From contig CAWAIF010000003.1 of the NCBI GenBank assembly GCA_963782055.1, forward strand, positions 4,032,001 to 4,096,000: a DNA stretch of 64,000 nt, read 5' to 3'. The notes under the pieces were generated by a model. That model was given only the letters and a program-made list of their open reading frames with translations. It made no database searches and was not told the DNA's origin. How positions within the stretch are numbered: the stretch's first letter is position 1; each line of letters starts with the position of its first letter. Positions 38,701 through 48,100 of the stretch are shown piece by piece. Both the position numbers and the translations under genes were made by a program. The stretch comes from an uncultured delta proteobacterium (GTDB lineage Bacteria > Myxococcota_A > Polyangia > Polyangiales > Polyangiaceae).

Positions 38701-39421
38701 GCTCGCGGCGCTCCTGGTCGCGCTCGTCCCCGCCGCCGGGTGCGTGCTCGACTGGGACTCCCTGCGCCCCCTGGACGGCGGCGCGGGCGACGCGGGCGAC
38801 GAGGCCGCGCCCGAGGACGCCGGCGGCGACACCACGCTCGACGCCGGCGAGGACGTCGTCACCGCCGACGCCGACGCCGGCGCGTGCTCCATCGTCCTCA
38901 CCATCAACGAGCTGCAGGCCGACGGCTCGCAGGGCCCCTCCGACGAGTTCGTCGAGCTGCGCAACGCCTCCGCGTGCGGCGGCAGCCTGGAGGGCTACGA
39001 GCTGCGCTACAGCTCGGCGACCGGCAGCGCGCCCTACCCCATCTGGGACGGCCAGGCTGGCGACACCATCGCCGCGCACGGCTACGTCACCGTCGCCGGT
39101 CAGGCCTTCCAGAACACCAACAACCTGGTAGGCCGCTTCGCCAACGGCCTCAACGGCGTCCTGAGCAAGAACGGCGGCGGCGTCGGCCTCTTCGGGCCGG
39201 ACAAGCTCCTCGTCGACAGCGTCGCGTACGAGACGCTCAACCAGTCGACCGCCAAGCACCCCTTCGTGCAGCCCCCGTCGCAGCCCGACGGCGGCGCGTC
39301 GCCCGGCGCGCCCAACCCGCCGCCCGGGCAGTCCATCGCGCGCACGCCCGACGGCGCCGACACGCACGTGAGCGCCGTCGACTTCCAGGTCGCGTCGCCC
39401 AGCCCCGGCGCCTCCAACTGA
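38690..39421 (+). CDS. Lamin-tail-domain lipoprotein
   Basis: Lipobox AAG-C, DAG repeats, INEL...DEFVELRN, LVDSVAY, SIAR.PDG.DT, PSPGASN. Confidence 0.85.
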   Translation: MRSRLAALLVALVPAAGCVLDWDSLRPLDGGAGDAGDEAAPEDAGGDTTLDAGEDVVTADADAGACSIVLTINELQADGSQGPSDEFVELRNASACGGSLEGYELRYSSATGSAPYPIWDGQAGDTIAAHGYVTVAGQAFQNTNNLVGRFANGLNGVLSKNGGGVGLFGPDKLLVDSVAYETLNQSTAKHPFVQPPSQPDGGASPGAPNPPPGQSIARTPDGADTHVSAVDFQVASPSPGASN

Positions 39422-39431
39422 CGCTCGGGCG

Positions 39432-39470
39432 ATCGTCGGGCGCGCCGAGACGAGGCCGCCGACGATTTTT
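39432..39470 (+). terminator. Probable intrinsic terminator of the kinase cassette
   Basis: ATCGTCGG...CCGACGAT followed by TTTT. Confidence 0.55.
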
Positions 39471-39553
39471 GCGCGCGCCTCGCACGACAAAAGAACGCCT
39501 TGCGCTCGAGCCGGGATGGACCGATGCTCCCGCCCCGCGAAAGGGATAGGTTC

Positions 39554-40567
39554 ATGAAGCGTTCGTTCTGGCTTGGTTTGATGGTACCCGCCGCGCTGGT
39601 CGCCGTGCCCCTGCTCGCCGGCGCGTGCGGCGGCGGAAACGACAACCTGCCTCCGCCTCCGCCTCCGCCTCCTCCCACCGCCACGCCGACGGCGTCCGCC
39701 AGCGCCATGATGGGCGAGCCCGACGCTGCCGCGCCCACCCCCGCGCCGCCCGCGCCGGTGCTGGTGCTCGGGACCGCGAGCGAGGACCCCAAGGCGCCGC
39801 TGCCGACGGTGAAGATCACCTCGCCGCGCTCCAACCAGGTCGTCCCCTCCGCCAAGGCCGAGGACTTCGCCGTCAAGCTGGACGTCAAGAACTGGAAGAC
39901 CGCGATGGGCGCGCAGCACGTCCACCTGATCCTGGACAACCACCCCTACAAGCCCATCTACGACACCAAGAAGCCGGTGAAGCTCTCCGAGCTGCTCGGC
40001 GGGGCGAAGCTGGGCGACGGCGAGCACGTGCTCGTCGCCTTCCCGAGCCGCCCCAACCACGAGTCGGTCAAGACCAAGAACGCCATGACCGTCGTGGAGT
40101 TCTGGGTCGGCAAGAAGGGCAAGGCCTCCGTCGACATCAAGAAGCCGATGCTCGTCTACAGCCGCCCCAAGGGCGACTACAAGGGCCCGCAGGCGAGCCA
40201 CGTGCTCGTGGACTTCTACCTCGCCAACGACACGCTGGGCGAGGGCAAGGACCACGTGAACATCACCGTCACCGGTCCGGGCATCGAGAAGGAGCTCACC
40301 GCGAAGGCCGACAAGTTCGGACCGCCCTACTACCTGGACAACCTCCAGGACGGCACCTACACGGTGAAGCTCGACCTGATGGACAAGGACGGCAAGCCTG
40401 TCCCCGGCGACTGGAACTCCACGACGCGCACCATCAACGTCAACCACGAGGCCCAGCCCGAGCCGATGCCCGCGCCCGCCGCCGCCGACGCCAAGCCCGC
40501 CGCGAAGGGTGACAAGGGCAAGACGCCGGAGAAGAAGCCCGCGAAGCCCGCTCCCAAGAAGAAGTGA
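39554..40567 (+). CDS. Lipoprotein with two Ig-like domains carrying His motifs (DUF4399-like)
   Basis: Lipobox AGA-C, poly-Pro linker, HVHLILD, GEHVL, HES; Lys-rich tail. Confidence 0.78.
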   Translation: MKRSFWLGLMVPAALVAVPLLAGACGGGNDNLPPPPPPPPPTATPTASASAMMGEPDAAAPTPAPPAPVLVLGTASEDPKAPLPTVKITSPRSNQVVPSAKAEDFAVKLDVKNWKTAMGAQHVHLILDNHPYKPIYDTKKPVKLSELLGGAKLGDGEHVLVAFPSRPNHESVKTKNAMTVVEFWVGKKGKASVDIKKPMLVYSRPKGDYKGPQASHVLVDFYLANDTLGEGKDHVNITVTGPGIEKELTAKADKFGPPYYLDNLQDGTYTVKLDLMDKDGKPVPGDWNSTTRTINVNHEAQPEPMPAPAAADAKPAAKGDKGKTPEKKPAKPAPKKK

Positions 40568-41886
40568 CCCGCGACGAGGTCGTGCGCCTGGACAAGGCGC
40601 GCGTCTGGCACCCGTACACCGCGATGGACGTCTACCTCGCCGAGGTGGACCCCATCGTGGTGGCTCGCGCCGAAGGCTCGTGGCTCGTCGACGCCGACGG
40701 CACGCGCTACCTCGACGGCAACGCTTCGTGGTGGACGATGGCCCTCGGCCACGCCCACCCGCGCCTCTTGCGGGTGCTGCACGAGCAGGCAGACGTGCTC
40801 GCGCACTGCGCGATCGCGGGCATCGCGCACGAGCCTGCCGCCGCCCTGGCGGAGGAGCTGTGCGCCGTGGCCCCCGCCGGGCTGACACGTGTATTTCACA
40901 CAGATAACGGCTCCACCGCGGTCGAGGCCGCGGTGAAGATGTGCGTGCAGTCGTGGGCGCAGCGTGGCGCGCCGAAGAAGACGCGCTTCGTCACGCTGGA
41001 CGGCGCCTACCACGGCGACACCGTCGGCGCGGCCAGCCTGGGCGGCGTCGACGTCTTCCGCCGACCCTTCTCCGGCGTGCTCTTCGAGTGCGTGCGCGCG
41101 CCGGTGCCCGACCGCGAGGGCTACGCGCGCGCCTTCGAGACGATCGCCGCGCTGGTGCGCCGGGAGGCGGACACGCTCGCCGCGGTGTTCGTCGAGCCCG
41201 TCGTGCAGGGCGCGGCGGGCATGCGCGTCTACGACCCGGCGTACCTGCGCGAGCTGCGCGCGCTCTGCACCAGGCACGACGTGCTGCTCGTCTTCGACGA
41301 GGTCTTCACCGGCTACGGCCGCACCGGCTTCATGTGGGCGAGCGGGCACGCGGGCGTCTCGCCCGACATCATGTGCCTCGGCAAGGCCTTCGCCGGCGGC
41401 GTGCTGCCCATGGGCGCCACCCTGGTGAGCGACGCCGTGTTCGACGCCTTCCGCGGCGACCGCGAGCGCGCCTTCTACTACGGCCACACCTTCTGCGGAC
41501 ACCCTCTGGGCGCGGCGCTCGCGCGGGAGGTGCTGCGCGTCTTCCGCGACGAGGACGTCCTCGGTCAGGTCGCGCGCAAGGCGCGGGTCGTCGCCGCGGC
41601 CTTCGAGCGACTCGCGAGCGTGCCCGGCGTGCAGGCGACGCGAGCCATCGGCATGATCGGCGCCGCCGACCTGGGCGGCGCGTCCAGCGCCTCGGAGTCC
41701 ATCGAGGAGAGCGGCTACCTCGGCTCGCTCGGCTGGCGCGTCTACGCCCAGGCGCGCAAGCGCGGCGCGTACCTGCGGCCGCTGGGGGACACCGTGTACG
41801 TGTGCCCTCCCCTCACCATCCCCGACGCGGAGCTGGAGCACCTGCTCGGCGTGCTCGAGGAGAGTGTCCGGGCGGTGGCCGCGTGA
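40564..41886 (+). CDS. bioA: Adenosylmethionine--8-amino-7-oxononanoate aminotransferase
   Basis: VWHPYT, SWW, GSTAVE, YHGDT, FDEVFTGYGRTG, CLGK, GHTF, LRPLG. Confidence 0.93.
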   Translation: MTRDEVVRLDKARVWHPYTAMDVYLAEVDPIVVARAEGSWLVDADGTRYLDGNASWWTMALGHAHPRLLRVLHEQADVLAHCAIAGIAHEPAAALAEELCAVAPAGLTRVFHTDNGSTAVEAAVKMCVQSWAQRGAPKKTRFVTLDGAYHGDTVGAASLGGVDVFRRPFSGVLFECVRAPVPDREGYARAFETIAALVRREADTLAAVFVEPVVQGAAGMRVYDPAYLRELRALCTRHDVLLVFDEVFTGYGRTGFMWASGHAGVSPDIMCLGKAFAGGVLPMGATLVSDAVFDAFRGDRERAFYYGHTFCGHPLGAALAREVLRVFRDEDVLGQVARKARVVAAAFERLASVPGVQATRAIGMIGAADLGGASSASESIEESGYLGSLGWRVYAQARKRGAYLRPLGDTVYVCPPLTIPDAELEHLLGVLEESVRAVAA

Positions 41887-41889
41887 GCG

Positions 41890-42237
41890 TCACTGCACGA
41901 CGACGCTTCCCTTGAACATCCCCATGCCGCACTGGAAGCCGAGCGTGCGCGCCTGATCCGCCGGCACCTCGAAGCTCACCGGCTCGTTCAGCGGCAGCTC
42001 CTTGGTCACCTTGAGATCGGGGAAGACCACCTTCTTCGCGCAGGTGTCGTCGGTCGTGCGGGTGAAGACGAGGGTGGTGTGCGAGCCCTTCTTCACCTCC
42101 ACCGAGCTGGGCGTGAAGCCCTTGTCGTCGGCGGTGATGGCGATGGTGCCGGGGGCGGTCGTGCCCCCCGCGTTGCTCTTGCCGTGGCAGCCCGCCGCGA
42201 ACGCGACGAGCGCCAGGACCAGAAGTCCGTTGCGCAT
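41890..42237 (-). CDS. Cupredoxin-domain lipoprotein (CupA-like)
   Basis: Lipobox AAG-C; GFTPS, TC, FQCGMGM. Confidence 0.85.
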   Translation of the reverse strand: MRNGLLVLALVAFAAGCHGKSNAGGTTAPGTIAITADDKGFTPSSVEVKKGSHTTLVFTRTTDDTCAKKVVFPDLKVTKELPLNEPVSFEVPADQARTLGFQCGMGMFKGSVVVQ

Positions 42238-42348
42238 GCGCCCATCCTAACCTCAGCGGCCGGCACGGCGCACCGAGAGGATTTGCCCGTTCCTGTACGC
42301 AGTCCACGAAGTCGACGGAGTACAGGAACGACAGAAGCCTCGAGAAGG

Positions 42349-42370
42349 ATTGGATGCCTCGGCATCCAAT
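42349..42370 (-). terminator. Perfect 10-bp hairpin just downstream of tRNA-Pro
   Basis: ATTGGATGCC-TC-GGCATCCAAT. Confidence 0.55.
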
Positions 42371-42374
42371 AGAG

Positions 42375-42448
42375 TCGGGGCGAGAGGATTTGAACCTCCG
42401 ACTCCTCGGTCCCGAACCGAGTGCGCTACCAGGCTGCGCTACGCCCCG
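42375..42448 (-). tRNA. tRNA-Pro(CGG), CCA not encoded
   Basis: CGGGGCG acceptor stem, TAGCGCAGCCTGGTAGCGC D-arm, CTCGG-TTCGGGA-CCGAG anticodon arm, GGTTCAAATCC T-arm. Confidence 0.97.
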
Positions 42449-42476
42449 TCGATTTCGCGCGCGAAACCGGGGCCGC

Positions 42477-42505
42477 GTTATGACGGGCCGCGGTGGACCC
42501 GTCAA
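42477..42505 (-). promoter_or_regulatory. Sigma70-type promoter of tRNA-Pro
   Basis: TTGACG-N17-CATAAC followed by a GC-rich discriminator. Confidence 0.6.
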
Positions 42506-42581
42506 CTGGAATCGGCCCCCCCTCGTGACGCACCCGCGGGGCATTTCCGGACGAATTGCCCGCGCTTAGGGCCCCCGCGCT

Positions 42582-42734
42582 TTCCTCTTGAAGGAGGTGC
42601 GACATGTGAGTACAAGGGCGCGGCTGCACGATTTATCGCACAGCAGCGTACCCCCTCGCTTCGCGGGCCTCGACCCCCGCGCTTGCCTACCTTCCGGCCC
42701 CTCTTCGCCACGCGGAGAGGGGCTTCTTTCGTTT
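42582..42734 (+). ncRNA. Candidate structured small RNA / start-stop minigene transcript
   Basis: AAGGAGGT-N5-ATG-TGA, two internal hairpins, anti-SD CCTACCTTC, + strand terminator; 5' end unknown. Confidence 0.5.
42697..42734 (+). terminator. Intrinsic terminator, + strand
   Basis: GCCCCTCTTCG-CCACG-CGGAGAGGGGC followed by TTCTTTCGTTT. Confidence 0.8.
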
Positions 42735-43418
42735 CTACGAGGACAGGTGCTTCTTGAAGAACGCCAGCGTCCGGTCCCAGGCGAGCTTCGCGTTCGCCGG
42801 GCTGTGCACCTCCGGCCGGGTGTCGTTGAAGAAGGCGTGGTCGGCGTCGTCGTAGACGTGCAGATCCATCACCTTTCCGGCGTCGTGGATCTGCTTCTGG
42901 ATCGCCCGAGCGGCCTCCGGCTTCACCCAGTCGTCCTTGCCGGCGACGTGCGCCATGATGGGCGCGGTCACCTTCGTGTAGTCTGCAAATTTCGGGTCGG
43001 GGATGCCGTAGAAGGCGGTCACCGCCCAGAGGTGCGGCACGTTGCACGCCGAGGCGAGGGAGAGCGCCCCGCCCATGCAGAAGCCCATCACCGCCACCTT
43101 GCCGTTGCTGCTCTCGTGGGCGCGCAGGTGCTCGGCCGCGCCGGCGATCTCGTCGAGAGCCTGCTTCCAGTCCAGCGCGCCCATCATCTTCGCCGCCTCG
43201 CCCGGGTCCTTCGTGGTCTTGCCGTGGTAGAGGTCCGGCGCGAGCACGCGGAAGCCCTCCTTCGCGAGACGCGCGGCCACGTCGCGGATGTGGTCGTTCA
43301 CGCCCCACCACTCCTGGATGAGCACCACCCCGGGGGTCTTGCCCTCACCCTCCGGGACGACGAGATCTCCCTGACACTTTTGGCCCGACGGCGTCTTGAA
43401 GTCGATGCGCATGGTCAT
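42735..43418 (-). CDS. Dienelactone hydrolase family protein
   Basis: IQEWWG, APDLY, GFCMGG, FYG, HAFFND. Confidence 0.94.
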   Translation of the reverse strand: MTMRIDFKTPSGQKCQGDLVVPEGEGKTPGVVLIQEWWGVNDHIRDVAARLAKEGFRVLAPDLYHGKTTKDPGEAAKMMGALDWKQALDEIAGAAEHLRAHESSNGKVAVMGFCMGGALSLASACNVPHLWAVTAFYGIPDPKFADYTKVTAPIMAHVAGKDDWVKPEAARAIQKQIHDAGKVMDLHVYDDADHAFFNDTRPEVHSPANAKLAWDRTLAFFKKHLSS

Positions 43419-44227
43419 TGTCCTTTCGTGTCGTCCTGCGCGAAGCTCGGACGGCGCTTCTCCACGAAGGCGCGGCTGCCCTCGACGATGTCCTTGCTGC
43501 GGATGGCCCACTGCCCCAGCTCCGCTTCGATGCGCAGCCCCTCCTCCAGGGGCCGGCCCCATCCCATGAGCGCGGCCTGCTTGTCGCTGCGCATCGCGCC
43601 CTGGGGCAGGCTGCACAGCAGCTCGGCGATCTCCAGCGCGCGGGCGAGCGACCCGCCCTGCGGCACCACCTCGGTGGCGAGACCGATGCGCAGCGCCTCC
43701 TCGGCGCCGATGAAGCGGCCGGTCAGGATGAGCTCCATCGCGCGGCCGAGCCCGACGATGCGCGGCAGGCGCTGCGTGCCCCCGTCCACGAGCGGGACGT
43801 TGTAGCGCCGGCACGCGACGCCCATCTCGGCCTGCTCCTCCACCACCCGGATGTCCGCCAGACACATCAGCTCGAGCCCGCCGGCGAGGGCGTAGCCGTT
43901 CACCGCGGCGAGGATGGGCTTGTAGATGTCGGTCTGCCGCGTGTAGCCGAGGTAGCCCGGCCCGTGCGTGACGAACTGGCGCATGGCCGAGGCGGGAGCA
44001 TCCGGGCCGGGACCGAGCGTCTCCAGGGCGGAGAGGTCGGCGCCCGCGGAGAACGCGAGGCCCGAGCCGGTGAGCACCGCCACCCAAAGGTCGTCCTCGT
44101 CGCGGAAGCGGGTCCAGGCGTCGGAGAGCAGGTCGGCCGTCTCGCCATCGACGCAGTTCCGCTTCTCCGGGCGGTTGATCGTGACGACGAGGACGCGACC
44201 GCGCACCTCGGTGATGACCTTCGGCAT
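43415..44227 (-). CDS. Enoyl-CoA hydratase/isomerase
   Basis: INRPEKRN, FSAGADL, GYALAGGLEL, DGGTQRLPRIVG. Confidence 0.94.
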   Translation of the reverse strand: MPKVITEVRGRVLVVTINRPEKRNCVDGETADLLSDAWTRFRDEDDLWVAVLTGSGLAFSAGADLSALETLGPGPDAPASAMRQFVTHGPGYLGYTRQTDIYKPILAAVNGYALAGGLELMCLADIRVVEEQAEMGVACRRYNVPLVDGGTQRLPRIVGLGRAMELILTGRFIGAEEALRIGLATEVVPQGGSLARALEIAELLCSLPQGAMRSDKQAALMGWGRPLEEGLRIEAELGQWAIRSKDIVEGSRAFVEKRRPSFAQDDTKGQ

Positions 44228-44309
44228 GGGGGCGGAGGATACCGATTCTCAGGGGTTTGTCGGCCCATTTCCGGCCCCGCCGCCGGATCCACCCTCTGCC
44301 GGTTGCCGA

Positions 44310-44352
44310 GCATTTTCTGTTTCGTTGGAATTTGAGTTTAGTGGTACTGTAA
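44310..44352 (+). promoter_or_regulatory. AT-rich promoter region with extended -10-like TGGTACTGT upstream of the REC-XRE regulator
   Basis: Markedly T-rich tract for this genome; AGGAGG RBS before the ATG at 44379. Confidence 0.45.
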
Positions 44353-44378
44353 TCCCGGCCCAGGCGGCCAGGAGGACC

Positions 44379-44987
44379 ATGCCCCCCGAGCTCCCCGCAG
44401 TCCGCATCCTCATCGTCGACGACGACAAGGCCATCTGCGACTACATGCAGACCTTGCTCGAGGCCGACGGCTACTCCGTCAAGACCCTGAGCGACCCCAC
44501 CCTGGTCGAGCCGGAGGTTCGCCAGGGCGGCTACCACCTCATCATTCTGGACCTCATGATGCCCAAGCTGGACGGCATCGAGGTGCTGCGCCGCATCCGC
44601 AAGATCGACTCCGACATCGCCGTCGTCATCTTCACCGGGTTCCCCAACCTGGAGAGCGCGGTGGCGTCGATGAAGCTGGACGCCGTCGACTACATCAAGA
44701 AGCCCTTCAACGTGGACGAGTTCCGCGAGGTCCTCGGCCGCGTGATGCGCAAGAAGGGCCTGGCGCGCACGCCGGTGGAGCAGCTCCAGCGGTCCATCGG
44801 CGACACCATCCGCAACATGCGCAAGGAGAAGGACCTCACGCTCAAGCAGATGTCCCGGCGCACCGGGCTGAGCGTGTCGCTCCTGTCGCAGATCGAGCGA
44901 GCCGAGTCGTCAGCGTCGATCGAGTCGCTCTACAAGATCGCGCTGGCCCTCGACACGCGCATCCAGGACCTCTTCGGGGAGTTCTGA
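44379..44987 (+). CDS. digR: Response regulator with C-terminal XRE HTH (DigR-like)
   Basis: ILIVDDD, LDLMMP, KPF; IRNMRKEKDLTLKQMSRRTGLSVSLLSQIERAES; same architecture as Myxococcus DigR. Confidence 0.75.
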   Translation: MPPELPAVRILIVDDDKAICDYMQTLLEADGYSVKTLSDPTLVEPEVRQGGYHLIILDLMMPKLDGIEVLRRIRKIDSDIAVVIFTGFPNLESAVASMKLDAVDYIKKPFNVDEFREVLGRVMRKKGLARTPVEQLQRSIGDTIRNMRKEKDLTLKQMSRRTGLSVSLLSQIERAESSASIESLYKIALALDTRIQDLFGEF

Positions 44988-45115
44988 GGGCCGGCCGAAG
45001 GCCGGCGGAGGGCGCGAACGGCGCGTATACTCAGCCCGCCGCGCGCGCCTCGGGGAGACCGCCGGGAGACACCTCGCCGGCGAGTGGACGTCTATTGGAG
45101 TCACCTGGAGTCTTC

Positions 45116-48100
45116 ATGATCGATCGCAGCCAAGGTCCTCGCTCGTCCCTCCGAAACGCGGCCGCCCTCGTCCTGCTCGGGGCGCTGGGGCTGGTGATGC
45201 AGCCTCACGGCGCCCGCGCGGCGTGGCCCCCGGCCAACCCCGACGTGGACATGACCAACCCGGCCAACCAGCCCAACGATCCTGGCTACCAGGGCCGGTG
45301 GAACTACTGGTCGTACCTGCCGAAGCAGGACCAGGGGACGGCGCCGTACCTCGCGGCCGACATGACGCTCGGCGCCTCCGGCATGAGCGTGGACAAGGCG
45401 TGGGCGCTGACCATCGGCGACCCGAGCGTGCACATCGCCATCCTGGACTCCGGCATCAAGTGGGACTCGCCCGATCTGGTGAACAAGGTGGCGCTCAACA
45501 TGGGCGAGCTCACCGGCACCGCCAGACCCCAGGACAAGAACGGGCAGGCGTGCGGCGGCGCGGGCAACCTCGCCGGCTACGACTGCAACGGCGACGGCGT
45601 CTTCAACGTGGCGGACTACCGCGACGACCCGCGCATCTCGCCGGTGGTGACGGGCGACAAGTGCTTCGACGGCATGGACCCGCAGAAGCCGACCACCACC
45701 GACCGCATCCAGGGAGACGTCAACCACAACTGCCTGCTCGATCCGGGCGATCTCATCCTGATGTTCTCCGACGGCAAGGACGACGACGGCAACGGCTACG
45801 TCGACGACATCGCCGGGTGGGACTTCTACCGCAACGACAACGACCCCTACGACGACACGCGCTACGGCCATGGGACCGGCGAGGCCAGCGACTCCTCGTC
45901 GGAGGGCAACAACGGCATGGACTCCATCGGCACGTGCCCGAAGTGCATGTTCGTGCCGCTGCGCGTGGGCGACAGCTTCGTCGCCGACGCCAACGACTTC
46001 GGCCAGGCGGCGATCTACGCGGCGGACAACGGCGTCTCGATCATCCAGGAGGCGCTCGGGACGATCGACCAGACGCCGCTCTCCAAGGCGGCGATCGACT
46101 ACGCCTACGCGCACGGCGTGATGATCGACGCGTCCATGGCGGACGAGAACTCGCGGCACCACAACATGCCGGCGACGACCAACCACACGCTGCCGGTGCA
46201 CACCGTCCGGTACAACGGCGACAGCTACCACAACTCCACCACCTTCCTCGCCTTCGACTCCTGCACCAACTACGGCGGACACTCCGCGCTCAGCGTCTCC
46301 GGGACGAGCTGCGCGAGCGAGGCGACGGGGCGCACCGCGGGCATCGCGGGCCTGGTGTACTCGGAGGGCCTCGGGCTCAACCCGCCGCTCAGCGCCGAGG
46401 AGGCGATGCAGCTCCTCAAGCAGTCGGCCGACGACATCGACGTGCCGGAGTCGCGGGTGGTCAACCCCGACACCGGCCTCGCGCCCTTCTACGAGTCGAA
46501 GCCGGGGTGGGACGAGCGCTTCAACTACGGCCGCGAGAACGCGTTCCGCGCCGTACAGATGGTCAAGGACGGCAAGATCCCGCCGGAGGTCGACCTCACC
46601 TCGCCCACCTGGTACCAGCCCATCTACGCCAGCCGCACCAGCGGCTCGGTGCCCATCATCGGCAGCGTCGCGGCGAGGCGCGCGCAGTCGTACGACTACG
46701 TCGTCGAGTGGGCGCCGGGCGTCGAGCCGGACGACAGCGAGTTCCAGCCGCTCATCGCGCAGGTGAGCAACGTGCCGGGCAAGACCGTGAGCGGCGGACC
46801 GAACGCGCCGCTCGCCACCTTCGACCCCTCGGCGATGGACACCGCGCACACGCCCGACCCCGACTCCCAGCCGCACTGCACGCGCGACGGGAGCTTCTGC
46901 TGGGGGCCGAACGACCGCACCGTCACGCTGCGCATCCGCGCGACGGCGCACTACGGCAGCTTCGACGTCAAGGGAGACGCGCGGCGCACCATCGCCATCA
47001 CCAACGCCAAGAACGGCGAGGACGCCGACCTCCTGCCCGGCTTCCCGATCAACCTCGGCACCTCCGGCGAGGGCAGCCCCAAGATGGCGGACATCGACGG
47101 CGACGGTGTGCGCGATCTGGTCTTCGGCGGGACCGACGGCCTGCTCCACGTCTGGTCGCTCAAGAGCGGGCAGCCGGTGGAGGTGCCCGGCTTCCCGGTC
47201 GCCACGGCGATCGTCGACGGCCTGGACGCCGCGCAGACCGACCCGCAGATCCCCTCGTACCTGGCCGGCGCGGCCTACGTGAAGGGGGCCAACGGCGGCA
47301 TCGATCCGACCAAGGTGCGCGAGGCGATCGGCAGCGCGCCGGCGATCGGCGATCTGGACGGCGACGGCAAGCCGGACATCGTCTTCGCGACGTGGCCCGG
47401 CACGATCTACGTCGTCGACCACGCCGGCAAGGCGCTCCCCGGCTGGCCCAAGCGGCTGCCGCTCGTGCCGAGCTGCCCGCTCGACCCGACCGTCAAGCCC
47501 ACGGGCGACTGCATGGACATTCGCCACGACCTCTCGCGCGGGACGTTCGCCGCGCCGGTGCTGGCGGACATGGACAAGGACGGCAAGCCGGAGATCATCC
47601 AGGCGGCGTTCGACGGCAACATCTACGTCTTCAAGGCGGACGGCTCGGCGCTCGCCGGCTGGCCGGTCCGGGTGCACACCTCCCGCGCCGACAAGTTCAA
47701 CCGCATCATGGCCACCCCGGTGCCGGTCGACCTCAACGGCGACGGCATCCCGGAGATCGTCACCGGGTCGAACGAGCGGGTCGGCGGCGGCGGCGGCTCC
47801 GGCCCCGTCTTCGCCATCGACGGACGCGGCACGAACACGCCGAACCCGCCCGCCGACGGCCCTTACCTGCCCAACTGGCCCTGGGTACGCACCTCGCTCA
47901 ACCTCTTCCCGGTCGTCGGCGAGGGCATCGTCGCCTCGCCGGTCGCGGCCGACCTGGACGGCGATGGGGTGCCGGAGATCGGCGTGGAGGGCAACGGGGC
48001 GCCGCCCATCATGGTCAAGGCGGACCCGGGCGCGCAGGTGGGGTTCGCCGACCCGCCCAACCAGCTCCCGCACCGCACCGACGAGGTGACCGGCGACCCG

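Noticed and set aside
39648..39680. CCTCCG tandem repeat as a contingency locus
   Set aside because: In-frame hexamer encoding a poly-Pro linker; length change would not shift the frame
42604..42734. Reading ATG-TGA as Met-selenocysteine of a small selenoprotein
   Set aside because: The frame has no stop before the terminator, no recognisable redox motif, and Sec at codon 2 is implausible
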